Part shown: positions 51,472 through 64,000 of the stretch, in pieces
Position numbering within the stretch: position 1 is the stretch's first letter
How the letters are laid out: each line of letters opens with the position of its first letter
From: Malacoraja senta
Lineage: Eukaryota
Direction of reading: 5' to 3'
NCBI GenBank assembly: GCA_038087875.1
Contig: CM075989.1
Location: forward strand, 7,318,001 to 7,382,000
Length of the DNA stretch: 64,000 nt
Program-made: the position numbers and the translations under genes
The notes under the pieces: model-generated
Database searches by the model: none
Told to the model about the DNA's origin: nothing
What the model saw: only the letters and a program-made list of their open reading frames with translations

Positions 51472-52183
51472 AACGAGATCTGGGGGGTCCTTGTTCATCA
51501 GTCACTGAAAGTAAGCATGCAGGTAGAGCAGGCAGTGAAGAAAGCGAATGGCATCTTGCCCTTCATAACAAGAGGAGTTGAGTATAGGAGCAAAGAGGTC
51601 CTTCTGCAGTTGTACAGGGCCCTAGTGAGACCACACCTGGAGTATTGTGTGCAGTTTTGGTCTCCAAATTTGAGGAAGGACATTTTTGCTATTGAGGGAG
51701 TGCAGCGTAGGTTCACAAGGTTAATTCCCGGGATGGCGGGAATGTCATATGTTGACAGAATGGAGCGGCTGAGCTTGTATACTCTGTAATTTAGAAGGAT
51801 GTGGGGATCTTATTGAAAAATAAGATTATTAAGGGTTTGGACACGCTAGAGGCAGAAAACATGTTCCCGATGTTGGGGGAGTCCAGAACCAGGGGCAACA
51901 GTTTAAGAATAAGGGGTAAGCCATTTAGAACGGAGATGAGGAAAAACTTTTTCACACAGAAGGTTGTAAATCTGTGGAATTTTTGCCTCAGGAGGCCAAT
52001 TCTTTGGATGTTTTCAAGCGAGAGTTAGATAGAGCTCTTAAAGATGGTGGAGTCATGGGAATATGGGGAGAAGGCAGGAACGGGGTACTGATTGTGGATA
52101 ATCGGCCATGATCACAGTGGATGACGGTGCTGGATCGAAGGGCCGAATGGCCTACTCCTGCACCTATTGTGTATTGTCTATTG
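51472..52183 (+). mobile_element. CR1-clade LINE 3' fragment
   Basis: VLVHQSLKVSMQVEQAVKKANG...[19 protein letters not shown]; ends in (ctattgt)n tail. Confidence 0.95.
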
Positions 52184-53078
52184 AATTAAGGGGCAGTGTT
52201 AGCTGTGAGGAGGATGCTAGGAGGATGCAAGGTGACTTGGATAGGCTGGGTGAGTGGGCAAATGCATGGCAGATGCAGTATAACGTGGATAAATGTGAGG
52301 TTGTCCACCTTGGTGGCAAAAACAGGAAAGTAGACTATTATCTGAATGGTGGCAGATTAGGAAAAGGGGAGATGCAACGAGACCTGGGTGTCATGGTACA
52401 CCAGTCATTGAAAGTAGGCATGCAGGTGCAGCGGGCAGTGAAGAAAGCGAATGGTATGTTAGCATTCCTAGCAAAAGGATTTGAGTATAGGAGCAGGGAG
52501 GTTCTACTGCAGTTGTACAGGGTCTTGGTGAGACCACACCTGGAGTATTGCGTACAGTTTTGGTCTCCAAATCTGAGGAAAGACATTCTTGCCATAGAGG
52601 GAGTACAGAGAAGGTTCACCAGACTGATTCCTGGGATGGCAGGACTTTCATATGAAGAAAGACTTCGTTAGAATTTAGAAGATTGAGGGGGGATCTTATA
52701 GAAACGTACAAAATTCTTAAGGGGTTGGACAGGCTAGATGCAGGAAGATTGTTCCCGATGTTGGGGAAGTCCAGGACAAGGGGTCACAGTTTAAGGATAA
52801 GGGGGAAGTCTTTTAGGACTGAGATGAGAATTTTTATTTTCATACAGAGAGTGGTGAATCTCTGGAATTCTGTGCCACAGAAGGTAGTCGAGGCCAGTTC
52901 ATTGGCTATATTTAAGAGGGAGTTAGATGAGGCCCTTGTGGCTAAAGGGATCAGGGGGTATGGAGAGAAGGCAGGTACAGGATACTGAGTTGGATGATCA
53001 GCCATGATCATATTGAATGGCGGTGCAGGCTCGAAGGGCAGAACGGCCTACTCCTGCACCTATTTTCTATGTTTCTAT
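52184..53078 (+). mobile_element. Second CR1-clade LINE 3' fragment, head-to-tail with the previous one
   Basis: MQGDLDRLGEWANAWQMQYNVDKCEVVHLG...RGDLIETYKILKGLD...RVVNLWNS; (tttctatg) tail. Confidence 0.95.
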
Positions 53079-55809
53079 TGCAGCTTTAAGATTGTGCTCC
53101 AAATCACAATAAAGAACACTAGAGCAGAATATTTTTTTTGAAGAAACTGTCTGCTTATGAGAAAATTTATTCTGGGCTACGCTATGTTGACATAGTGAGG
53201 TGATAGTCTTTTAACAGTACGGTTAACACCTATGGAAGCTGTTTGCAATTGCTTCATATCATCAGCATTTGATGTTGATTTTCTGATACCAACATATTTT
53301 ACTGAAACCCAAGTGACCTCGTGGGAAGCTCATTTCAACAAGTTAGCAACCACACACTGAAGGCTTCAGGAGGTTACATGGGGGCACCTTTAATCAAATG
53401 GCCCACGTATTAGGTCAGTCATGGTCTTCTGGACAGACGACAGCCACCTGTCGCAATCTTTGTGCAATCTGTATTTTTAAATAGTGAATTTTACTTGCGA
53501 GTTAATGGACCATGGCCACTGTGATTTAAGAAAATAAGTTTAAGTCTGATTATTTTCTATTTGCACTGGCTCCCACTTTGGTTGTTCATTTTGTAAACTT
53601 TTTGAGCACAGGTGGGCTGCAAAAGAGTCTCCTAGTCTGTGCTCAGTCCCTACCGATGTAGAGGAGGCCACATCGGAAGCACCAAATGCAGTAGATGAGG
53701 TCGGCAGAAGTGACTTGATGGGGACAGTGGGGAATTTTTGTGCAAGTTGGTAAATGGGCAGCAGAATTTTGCATGACCAGGTGGGCTCTGGACTGAAGAG
53801 CAATCAAATAATTACAAGGCTGTTCTATAATGGTTCTGCAGGTTAATTTTCATTCGTAAAAGGGAAAAATTGATTTTGCAGCAAAGATGTTTGTGATAGA
53901 TTGCTTATTCCTAACAGTACTGCTTTTGTTCCCTGCACAAGCAAACCAAAAAAAACTCAGTGCACCTTGAGTTAATGTTTAGGAATCATAACATATTATT
54001 TTGTAAAGTTAACAATGGCATTTTTGTTTTCCTACGCAACTGGTAAAAGATATCGATTTACCTCACCAGGGTGAAGGAAAGCCAGTGTGTGAATTCCCTC
54101 CTTAATCAACTCAATCAAAACTGCTTGAGAATTTTGATTGTATTTTGATTATTAACAATTTGTGGTGCAAGCAAAGGGTTTAATCCTGACCTCTGATGCT
54201 GTCGGTGTGGAGTTTGCATGTTCTCCCTGTGACTTTTTTTCCCTCCCACATCCCAAAGACGTGCAGGTTTGTGGGTTAAATGACCTCCGTAAATTGCTCC
54301 TAGTGTGTAGGATTGAATGAGGAAGTGGATAACATGGAACTAGTATGAATGGCTGATCAATGGTCGGCATGGATTTGTTGGGCCAAAGGGCCTGTTTCCA
54401 TGTTGTGTTTCTATACTCTCTCAAAGATCCAGCAACTTCAGCAAATCACTATGCTTTGGGACATGACCTGTATACGGTTCCGCACGCTATATATGATATT
54501 GGCTTAGGTTTCTTTTGTAGTAAATTGACTGACATCACTGTGGGTGGAGTGGGATAGAGGCATATAGGTAAATAGCTCAGAGCAAGTTTACAGCACATAA
54601 CAATGTGAAGACCCTGGGCTGGCTGACTAACTAGTTGTTATTGTTATTGGTTGCGGTTTTAAAATATGAGACAGAGAGAAAGAAACAAGTTGGTCCAGGT
54701 AGAGGAGAAGGTGGGTCAGGAGGCAATGAGTGTGATAAAATAATATGGCAGTCGAAGGGGGAGTTCCGTGATCTGTGTTGTCTCTCGCTACCACTGTGCA
54801 GTCTGTTTCATGTTGTACTGTCTGGTCTCCTGGGACATGTACAACAGGCCAGACTAGAGAAATGAAAGGAAGAGAAGGGATGGCACACAAACATGACCCG
54901 CTTTGATTAAAAACAAAGAACTAGCAAGCTATCTGAATTGGACAATGTAATGTTAAGTCCAGCAAGTTGCAACCTGCCCATATGAAAAGGAAGATGTTGC
55001 TCTCCCAGTTAGCATTGGCCCCTGTTATAAATGTGCAAGAGGCCACGGACAGACAGGTCAGAATGGGGTGGTGAATTAAAGCAGCAGGTAATGGATGCTC
55101 AGGGCACAGAGTGCCACCCACTTGGCTTTAGAAGGATGGGTTGGAGTCCTCCAGACTGAAGATGGTCTCTCTGCACCTTTTCATGTAGAAATTATTTGAA
55201 ATTGGCAAGAAAGTGCAGTGATGTTGCTCCTGTTTGTTTTTGTCCATTCCAAGTTCCTTCTCCTCCACATCAGCTCTGTGCATTGTCAAGCAAGTTAATC
55301 AACCCCGTTCCCTTCATTTAGTGTTCATTAACCTTAAATATTGCATCAGTATTTTCCCCACAAGGCATTCAATTGTTCAACAAATCTGCTTGGTTTTGTA
55401 CAGATCAGCTAATGGGTAATGTGGAATTATTGAAATGCCCCCACATAAACGGGCCTGCAACCGTGCAGTGTGTGGGTATTTGTTTAAGCATCGATTCTCC
55501 GGAAATGCTTCTGTGCTGTTCGGTAAGTTCAGAATTGGAGAGCGGGTTGTTGGAAGTTGTGATGAACATCCCTTTTGAAACGTTGAACAAAGCTGCCCCT
55601 TATATCTATTGCAGCGCTCCACTCAACCCACTGCACTCCATTCCAGTCGCCATGAAACCCAACTGCCGATTAATTACTACAGTTGCCGCCTCTCTTCAGC
55701 CTTTTTCTTTAAAACAACATTGCTCATGGCAACCTCTCTGCCTAGAAGGCTGAATCTCGCCTGTGTACAGAAATCACTCCCTTATCTTTGTTCAGCTCCA
55801 CTGAACATA

Positions 55810-57427
55810 CAGTGCCCTCCATAATGTTTGGGACAAAGACCCATAATTTATTTATTTGCCTCTGTGCTCCACAATTTGAGATTTGTAAAATAAAAAAATC
55901 GTATGTGGTTAAAGTGCACATTGTCAGATTTTAATAAAGGCCATTTTCATACATTTTGGTTTCACCATGTAGAAATTACAGCAGTGTTTATACATGGTCC
56001 CCCCATTTCAGGGCACCATAATGTTTGGGACACAGCAGTGTCAGGTAAATGAAAGTAGTCATGTTTAGTATTTTGTTGCATATCCTTTGCATGCAATGAC
56101 TGCTTGATGTCTACGATTCATGGACATCACCAGTTGCTGGGTCTTCTTTGATGAGGCTATGCCAGGCCTGTATTGCAGCCATCTTTAGCTTATGCTTGTT
56201 TTGGGGGCTTGTCCCCTTCAGTTTTCTCTTCAGCATATAAAAGGCAAGCTCAATTGGGTTCAGATCGGGTGATTGACGGCCACTCATGAATTTTTTAGCT
56301 TTGAAAAACTCTTTGTTGCTTTAGCAGTATGTTTGGGATCATTGTCTTGCTGTAGAATGAACTGCCGGCCAATGAGTTTTGTGGCATTTGCTTGAACCTG
56401 AGCAGATAGGATGTGTCTATACACTTCAGAATTCATTATGCTACGACCATCAGCAGTTGTATCATGAATGAAGATAAGTGAGCCAGTACCTTCAGCAGCC
56501 ATACATGCCCAGGCCATAACACCCCCACCACCGCATTTCACAGATGAGGTGGTATGCTTTGGATCTTGGGCAGTTCCATGTCTCCTCCATACTTGGCTCT
56601 TGCCATCACTCTGATATAAGTTAATCTTCATCTTATCTGTCCACAAGACCTTTTTCCAGAACTGTGGTTGCTCTTTTAAGTACTTCTTGTAACTGGGCCA
56701 TCCTATTTTTGCAGCTGAACAGTGGTTTGCATCTTGCAGTGTAGACTCTGTATTTCTGTTCATGAAGTTTTCTGCGGACAGTGGTCATTGAAAAATCCAC
56801 ACCTGAAGAGTGTTTCCGATCTGTCGGACAGGTATTTGTTTTTTTTTTCTTTATTTTAGAGAGAATTCTTCTGTCATCAGCTGTGGAGGTCTTCCTTGGC
56901 CTGCCAGTCCCTTTGCGATTAGTAAGCTCACCAGTGCTCTCTTTCTTCTTAATGATGTTCCAAACAGTTGATTTTGGTTAGCCTAAGGTTTGGCTGATGT
57001 CTCTTACAGTTTTATTCTTGTTTTCCAGTCTCATAATGGCTTCTTTGACTTTCATTGGCACAACGTTGGTCCTTAGGTTGATAAACAGCAATAAAAGTTT
57101 CCAAAGGTGATGGAAAGACTGGAAGACGGACTAGGTGCTGAGAGCTCTCTTATACCTGCATTAAGGAGGCAATTAAACACACCTGAGCTATTACAAACGC
57201 CTGTGAAGCCATGTATCCCAAACATGATGGTGCCCTGAAATGGGGGGTCTATGTATAAACACAGCTGTAATTTATATATGGTGAAACCAAAATGTATAAA
57301 AATACCCTTTAATAAAATCTGACAATGTGCCACGTGATTTTTTTTCTATTACAAATCTCAAATTGTGAAGTACAGAGGCAAATAAATAAATGATGGGGCT
57401 TTGTCCCAAACATTAATGAGTGCACTG
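55810..57427 (-). mobile_element. Second full-length copy of the same Tc1 family, decayed
   Basis: TA at 55808-55809 and 57428-57429; same TIRs with inner direct repeat caccataatgtttgggacac; ORF fragment 56284-56763 (FWKKVLWTD...QQDNDPKH); start codon mutated. Confidence 0.96.
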
Positions 57428-58890
57428 TATTCTACAGTTGGTACTGGCATTGATTCATGTGTTGCTTGGAGGATCTCATTCTGTGGAGAGCTTCTTGTGC
57501 CAACGGCTAAAGCTAAATCAGAGGAAAAGCAGTCCACAAACTTATTCTCTTCATTAACTGAGATTTAAAGATATCTTTTGTTTTTGTGAAACACGACGCT
57601 AAAAATCGGAGTGTTTGTTTTTGTGTAAACTAGTTCCTTGTATTGCCTGTTGTTTCCATTATCGACGTATGTTTATATAAAAATAGTTTGAGTTTTAGGT
57701 GGTGCTAAGGAAGATTATTTGGGGAGAGGGATAGGATTGCTGAGGTGAATGGTCTTGTCTCCACATTGAATATCCTCAGATTTTCAGCATGAAATTCTAG
57801 AACACACTTGGGGTGGCACGGTGGCGCAGCGGTAGAGTTGCTGCCTTACAGCACCATAGACGCAGGTTCGATCTTGACTACAGGTGCCGTCTATACATTG
57901 TTTGTACTGTCTCCCCATGACCGCGTGGGTTTTCCTCGGATGCTCCAGTTTCCCCCCACACTTCAAAGACGTACAAGTTTGTAGGTTCATTGGCTTCGGT
58001 AAAGATTGTAAATTGTCCCTAGTGCTAGTTTGGAGATACAGCACGGAAACAGGCCCTTCGGCCCACCGAGTCCGCACCGACCAGCGATCCCCGCATCTTA
58101 ACACTATCCTACATAAGATGCGATACGATAGAACTTTATTCGTCCCTGGAGGGAAATTTGTCTACACACTAAAGACAATTTATTTACATTAACTAAGTCA
58201 ATTAACTTAGTGTACGGGAACGCTGGGCAGCATGGACTCGGTGGGCCACAACATGGGTCAGTGCTTTTCCTGTACCTTTTGTGCAAAATGCAAGACACTA
58301 CAACTTTATGCAGGCACGACTAAGATGAGTACTCATTTTTATATCAACCAAAATTAAATAGTATCAGTTTGATTAATATTAATTTCCAAAGTTGCAAACT
58401 GGCCTGTTCATTTATGACAAGCACTTTATTACACTAAAAACAAAGTGCTGGAGTGACTCAGAGGATCAGGCAGCATCTGTGGAAGGAATGCATAAGTGAG
58501 GTTATGGGTCAGGACCCTTCTTCAAAGGTCCCGCCCCAAAATGTTGCCTCTCCTTTCCTTTCTCAGATGTTGCCTGATGTGTTGAGTTTTGCCAGCTCTG
58601 TGTGTTTTGCTCAAGAGTCCAGCACTTCCAGGTCCTTGTGTCTCCTTGTGTCCTTATTCGTTCCCCATGTCTGCCAGCGGACACAATTAATATTGTCACT
58701 TCAAAACAAAAATCTACTATGTTACTCCGAGGGCCAACATTGAGTTGAAGTGTCAGTTTTGACGTTGTGCCCATTTTTCATATTATCACAAAAATATCTC
58801 TCCACTTTAGTCCAAGGGAACAGTTTCTATGTTTCAAACGTGCTTCTTTGGGTGTTAATGGCCTTGAGATATCTTAAAAAGGAAGTGTAA

Positions 58891-59533
58891 AGGGCCTGTC
58901 CCACTTGGCTGTCTTTCGCGCGCCATTTACACGACCTGCTAGCGTGTGGGCAGCGCGTGGGTAGCTTGTGGGTAGCGCGGAACGGGCGCATGGAGTGGTG
59001 TGGAGGAGTGTGGACTTCGTCCTGCACAAAATCTTCGCACGCCACCGGCCTGTCGCGTAACTGATGGCCAAAGTGGGACAGGCCCAAGACCCTGGCGCGA
59101 CGCAACGTCTCACCTCCAACAGCAGCAGAAGCAGGCAGACGATCGCCGAGCTCGGCCTGGGGCTCACGGCCGTTGCGGTCTGGATCCACCCCCACTCCTA
59201 CACCCAGAGCGGGGCCAAGAAGATTGAAGATAGACCCAAAATGCAGGAGTAACTCAGCGGGACCGGCAGCATCTCTGGAGAGAAGGAATGGGTGACGTTT
59301 CGGGTCGAGACCCTTCTTCAGACTGAAGAAGGGTCTCGACCCGAAACGTCATCCATTCCTTCTCTCCAGAGATGCTGCAGGTCCCACTGAGTTACTCCTG
59401 CATTTTGTGTCCATCTCCAAATGACGTCACGCGCTCCAGACGGCTGTGCGGGCACATGATGATGCGCGCGACTCTCGCGGGACCGTCACTACTGGCCTGT
59501 CGCGTAAGTGACGGCCCAAGTGGGACAGGCCCT
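58891..59533. mobile_element. Composite Harbinger MITE with internal TIR and the same cargo as 34070-34676
   Basis: TIR agggcctgtcccacttgg; TAA TSD at 58888-58890 and 59534-59536. Confidence 0.9.
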
Positions 59534-62500
59534 TAAGATTCCATTGAAACTCAAGTTTTCCATTTGTTTTAGTTTTTTTCCTCTCCCAACTGGATACTGA
59601 AGGCTGCATTAGATCCTTCAGCCAAAGTACCTTGATGCGATATATACAGACATTGTTCCTGTCACAAAAGCCCTCTCTTGCTGGTACACGTAGATTCATT
59701 GGCATGGGACTCTCTCCGAGCCGTGTCTCTCTGCACAGATGTGGAATAAGGCTCTATCTACATTTATAAAACTGGCAGAGGATTTGCCGAGTGCTAGTTA
59801 ATTGGGTGCACTATCCATCGGTCTGATCTGACCATGATGCGCGTGGCTTTGTCAGCATAAACCGGGTGAGCGCTGAGCATCTGTACACCAGTTTAGTTTA
59901 GAAATACAGCATGGAAATAGGCCCTTCGGCCCACCGAGTCCGCACCGACCAGCAAACCCTGCACATTAACACTATCCTACACACACTAGAGACACTGTCC
60001 TCCTGATTAATTTTACTGTTTGTATGCCTCGATGTCACCTTCCCCTCAGCCAACACTGAACCAGTCTACATTTCCTCGATCATCGTCTGCTTTGATCTGT
60101 CATTTTCACATTTTACCCTTCTGTATCTCTAGTTTCCCTCTCCCCTGACTCTCAGTCTGAAGAAGGGTCTCGTTCTGAAACGTCACCCATTCCTTCTCTA
60201 GAGATGCTTCCTGTACTGCTGAATTACGCAGTTTTGTGTCTATCCTAGGGACAATATATATTAGCCAATGAGCCAACAAACCTGTACGTCTTTGGATTGT
60301 GGGAGGAAACTGGAGATCAGACAAGTACTCAGAATTAAACCCAGGTCTCGGGCACTGTAAGGCAACAACTATACCTCTGTGCCACCGTGCTGCCCCAGTC
60401 ATCCAGTAATGATAGAACATTATGGTTTTAAAAAGAGACCATCCCGAGTATTTTGTTTCCACTAATAGAACACATTTCTCCTTCCAGTTAAAGTGACATG
60501 CAAACCATATTCACAGTCTGATTGGGTATAGAAATGTAAATACTATCATCTAACCACACCCATCTGAGTCAATGCACCTAATTTTTTCCACAGCTGATCC
60601 AATCTGACATTCTTTGCCAATAACACGATCTCAAACATGCTCTTAATCTGTTTGAGCAAATAATTAAATGCATCCGAGCTCAATTTCTCCAAATTGACTT
60701 CCTCTCTCTCTGCAAAATGGCAGTGACACAGGTACTAAGCCAGAGACCCAGGTTCAATCCTTCTTCTCCAGTGCTACCGGTGTGGAGTTTGCACGTTCTC
60801 CCTGTAACCGCTCAGGGTTTTCTCTGGGTGCTCAGGTTTAGTTCAGTATAGAGATTCACTGCGGAAACATGCCCACCGAGGTTGCGCCGACCAGCGATCA
60901 ACCCATACACGCTCGCGCTATCCGACACACTAGGGACAATTTACAATTTTTACCGAAGCTAATTAACCTACGAACCTGTACGTCCTTGGAGTGTGGGAAG
61001 AAACCGGAGCATCCGGGGAAAACTACGGGGAGAACATACAAACTCCATACAGACAGCACCCGTAGTCAGGATCGAACCTGAGTCTCTGGTGCTGTAAGGC
61101 AGGAACTCTACTACTGCCCCACCATGCTACCCTAGGAGTTTCCTCTCTTATCCCAAAGTTGGCGGGGTTGGTAGGTTAATTGGCGACTATGCAGGTGAGT
61201 GAAGGAATATGGGTGGATTTGATGGGAATGTGGAGAGAATGGACATTTGAATATTGTAAAGGGATGATGCAGACCTGGTCTATGACCCTTGGGTCACACT
61301 GGACGTGGTATTCAGCTGGGCTGACAGCGAGACCTGAACCAACCCCAACCCAAAGGTCTTGTTGGAATGTACTCCTGACACACACTTGGGGTCTTGTTGA
61401 GTAGCCAGGCTGTTTAGTATGAAGTGCTAATTTACAGCATTGTGTTGAAGGAGACATTTGAGGCTGCACATGAATAATAGTGATAGGTTTATCTTTGAAA
61501 ACCATTCCTTCTGCATGCTGGTTGTTCCCAATGGATCAACTGATATATCCAGTGGAAGGCCGAGTGAACAGTGGCCTGGTGCTGCCTTGTCTTGTTACTG
61601 CCAAAATATTGAAGAACATTGTTGTTCAGAACATTGTGATCATCTTTCAATGAAAAAATGATCTTTACTCCTCAGTTTAGTTTAGAGATACAGCGCGAAA
61701 CAATCCCATCAGCTCAATGGGTCCGCACCGAGTGGTGATTCCCATACACTAGTTCTGTCCCACACATTAGGGACAATTTACATCAGCCAATTAACCAACA
61801 AAACTGCACGTCTTTGAGATGTGGGAGGAAACTGGAGCACCCGGGGGAAACTCACGTGGTCATAAAGACAAACTCCGTACAGACAGCACCCGAGCTCAGA
61901 ATCAAACCTGGGACTCTGGCGCTGTCAGGCAGCAACCCAGTTTCTGTGAAGGCACCGGCAGGATCTGAGGAAAAGGCTTGGGCTGGAACCGCTCAACTCC
62001 ATTGCTCTTCCCACAGATGCTATCTGACCCGTCTAGTTGCCGTATTTTGACTTTTATTTTGGATTGAGAGAAGCGGAGGTATTTTGCTCTGGGTGTTTCC
62101 ATAATGCCTCTTAGTATTCCTTTCAGGGAAGCTCAACATGTTTTGCAGCCGGTGAAGTATCCTTGAAGTATTGCAGGAATTCTGCTCGCGTGCATCCAGA
62201 GAATGCAACGCAGCTGGATGGAGATGAAGGTTGCGACTGTGATGGAACATTGATAGTATTGATCCACGCTGGCAACGCTCAAACCTTTCTTGTGCAATCC
62301 ATCCTGAAGACAATCTGGGACTAAGTTCCTGGAAAAAAAAATAACTTTGAAATTGCTCGTGCAACTCTAAACACTAAAATTGACTTTAGTCTAGAGCAGT
62401 CATTTGGAGTCTACAAAGTAAACAGCTAAGTCTTGGCAAAGACTCGCTCTTTGTCCTTTGTTTGTGTAGATTGGAGCATAGCCTTAATTCTTTCACTGTT

Positions 62501-64000
62501 TCCCCCAAATGCCAGGAGATGTGAAGTTGGGAGCAGGCACATTGGGAGTTGGGTCAGGGAATTTGATTGCAGCTTTCTTTCCCGATGCCTATGTTGGCAT
62601 ATAAAAGATCAGGGTATCTTATATGTTGGCATATAAAACATCACTGTGGCGCAGCGGTAGAGTTCCTGCCTTACAGCGCCAGGATCCGGGGTTCGATCCT
62701 AACCTCGGGTGCTGTCTGTACGCAGTTTGTATGTTCTCCTAATGTCCGCGTAGGTTTTCTCCGGGTGCTCTGGCTTCCTCACACACTCCAAAGACATGTG
62801 GGTTTGTAGGTGAATTGGCTTTGGTCAAATTGTAAATTGTCCCCAGTATGTAGGAGAGTGCTGGTGCACTGGGTGATCGCTGGTCAGTGTGGACACAGTG
62901 GGCGTAAGCCAGTTTCCGCACTGTACCTCTTAAAGTTAAAACTACTAAGTAAAAACCTAAAAATTCATCAGCATGGGGAGAGAGAAGATTGGCTAACGAA
63001 GCTGCTCTAATTACTTCTTTGTGTAGGAAGGAACGCAGATGCTGGTTTGCACCGACGATAGAGACAAAATGCTGGAGTTACTCAGTAGGTCGGGGAGTAT
63101 CTCCTGCTCTCTGGACCTGCTGAGTTACTCCAGCATTTTGTGTCTATCCAATTGTTTCATTCTTTGTTTAAAATTCCTGATTATATAGCAGAGTTCAAAT
63201 GTGTGCCATGTGTTGAAGTTGAAATGAATGACTTGTGACTGATGGGGCACTGGAGGGAACTTTCCCTTGAGGGAACCCAGTTTCTCCTCTTGTGTGGGGT
63301 GAAGATGGGATGATGGCTTTATCAGATGACCTTTCACATAGATGCAGGATGAGTGCCGCCTGTTGTATCGATGTCAGGAGTGCAAAAGTCTGACATCAAC
63401 TGGACCCAGAGACATAACAAATGATTGGGCCAACTTAATTTTCAGTTTAGCTTAGAGACACAGTGCGGAAACAAGCCTTTGGGCCACCGAGTCCGCACCA
63501 ACCAGCGATCCCCGCACATTAACACTATCCTACACGCACTGGGGACAATTTATACCAAGTCGATTAACCTGCAAACCTGTACGCCTTTGGACTGTAGGAG
63601 GAAACCGAAGATCTCAGAGAAAACCCACACGGTCACGGGGAGAACATACAAACTCTGTACTGACAGCACCCATAGTCGGGATCGAACCCGGGTCTCTGGT
63701 GCTGTAAGGCAGGAACTCTACTGCTGCCCAAATTTAAGCAAAATTTAACTAAACTAAAAAAGTTCAATTATTAACTGAAATAAACGGAAAGTGAACAAAC
63801 TAAATTCAATAAATGTCCATTTCAGTAATGTGTCTACCTTTTACTGTGATAATCTGAGATTGAATGTTCCTCTCACCCCATCATTCTGCACCACTACACC
63901 GTGTTGACCTCATGGTGAGGGATGTGAATGCAACATTAAATAAATATACCAGAGATAAGGTAAACCTTAAGTAGTGCTCCAAATTTAAAACCAAGTCATG

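Noticed and set aside
55810..57427. Active or domesticated transposase
   Set aside because: Start codon lost, with frameshifts and stops; the 623-2249 copy is also disrupted.
1..64000. CRISPR arrays or prokaryotic systems
   Set aside because: Eukaryotic intron; the repeats are dispersed TEs with no regular repeat-spacer structure.

Overview
Vertebrate genomic DNA, most likely a cartilaginous fish (skate/ray-like repeat landscape: HE1/V-SINEs, CR1/HER1 LINE 3' ends, Penelope-like elements, Tc1, PIF/Harbinger MITEs, Rex1/L2-type tails). The window is almost entirely intronic sequence of AKAP13 on the + strand. Three coding exons are visible (8892-8924 MRLSPNQAPLY; 31161-31311; 49625-49921), with matching phases and GT-AG sites. 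Non-routine observations: (1) dozens of short Penelope-derived units with a minimal hammerhead-ribozyme-like core, often inserted as inverted doublets with 11-16 bp TSDs; (2) two composite Harbinger MITEs with different arms carrying the same cargo, including one such doublet; (3) an inverted duplication of >=620 bp whose breakpoint is exactly the TA at a Tc1 end; (4) weaker evidence for a decayed multi-exon antisense gene interleaved with AKAP13; (5) a perfect 29-bp hairpin. Repeat boundaries are approximate unless a TSD is quoted, and family names come from recall, not from searches.
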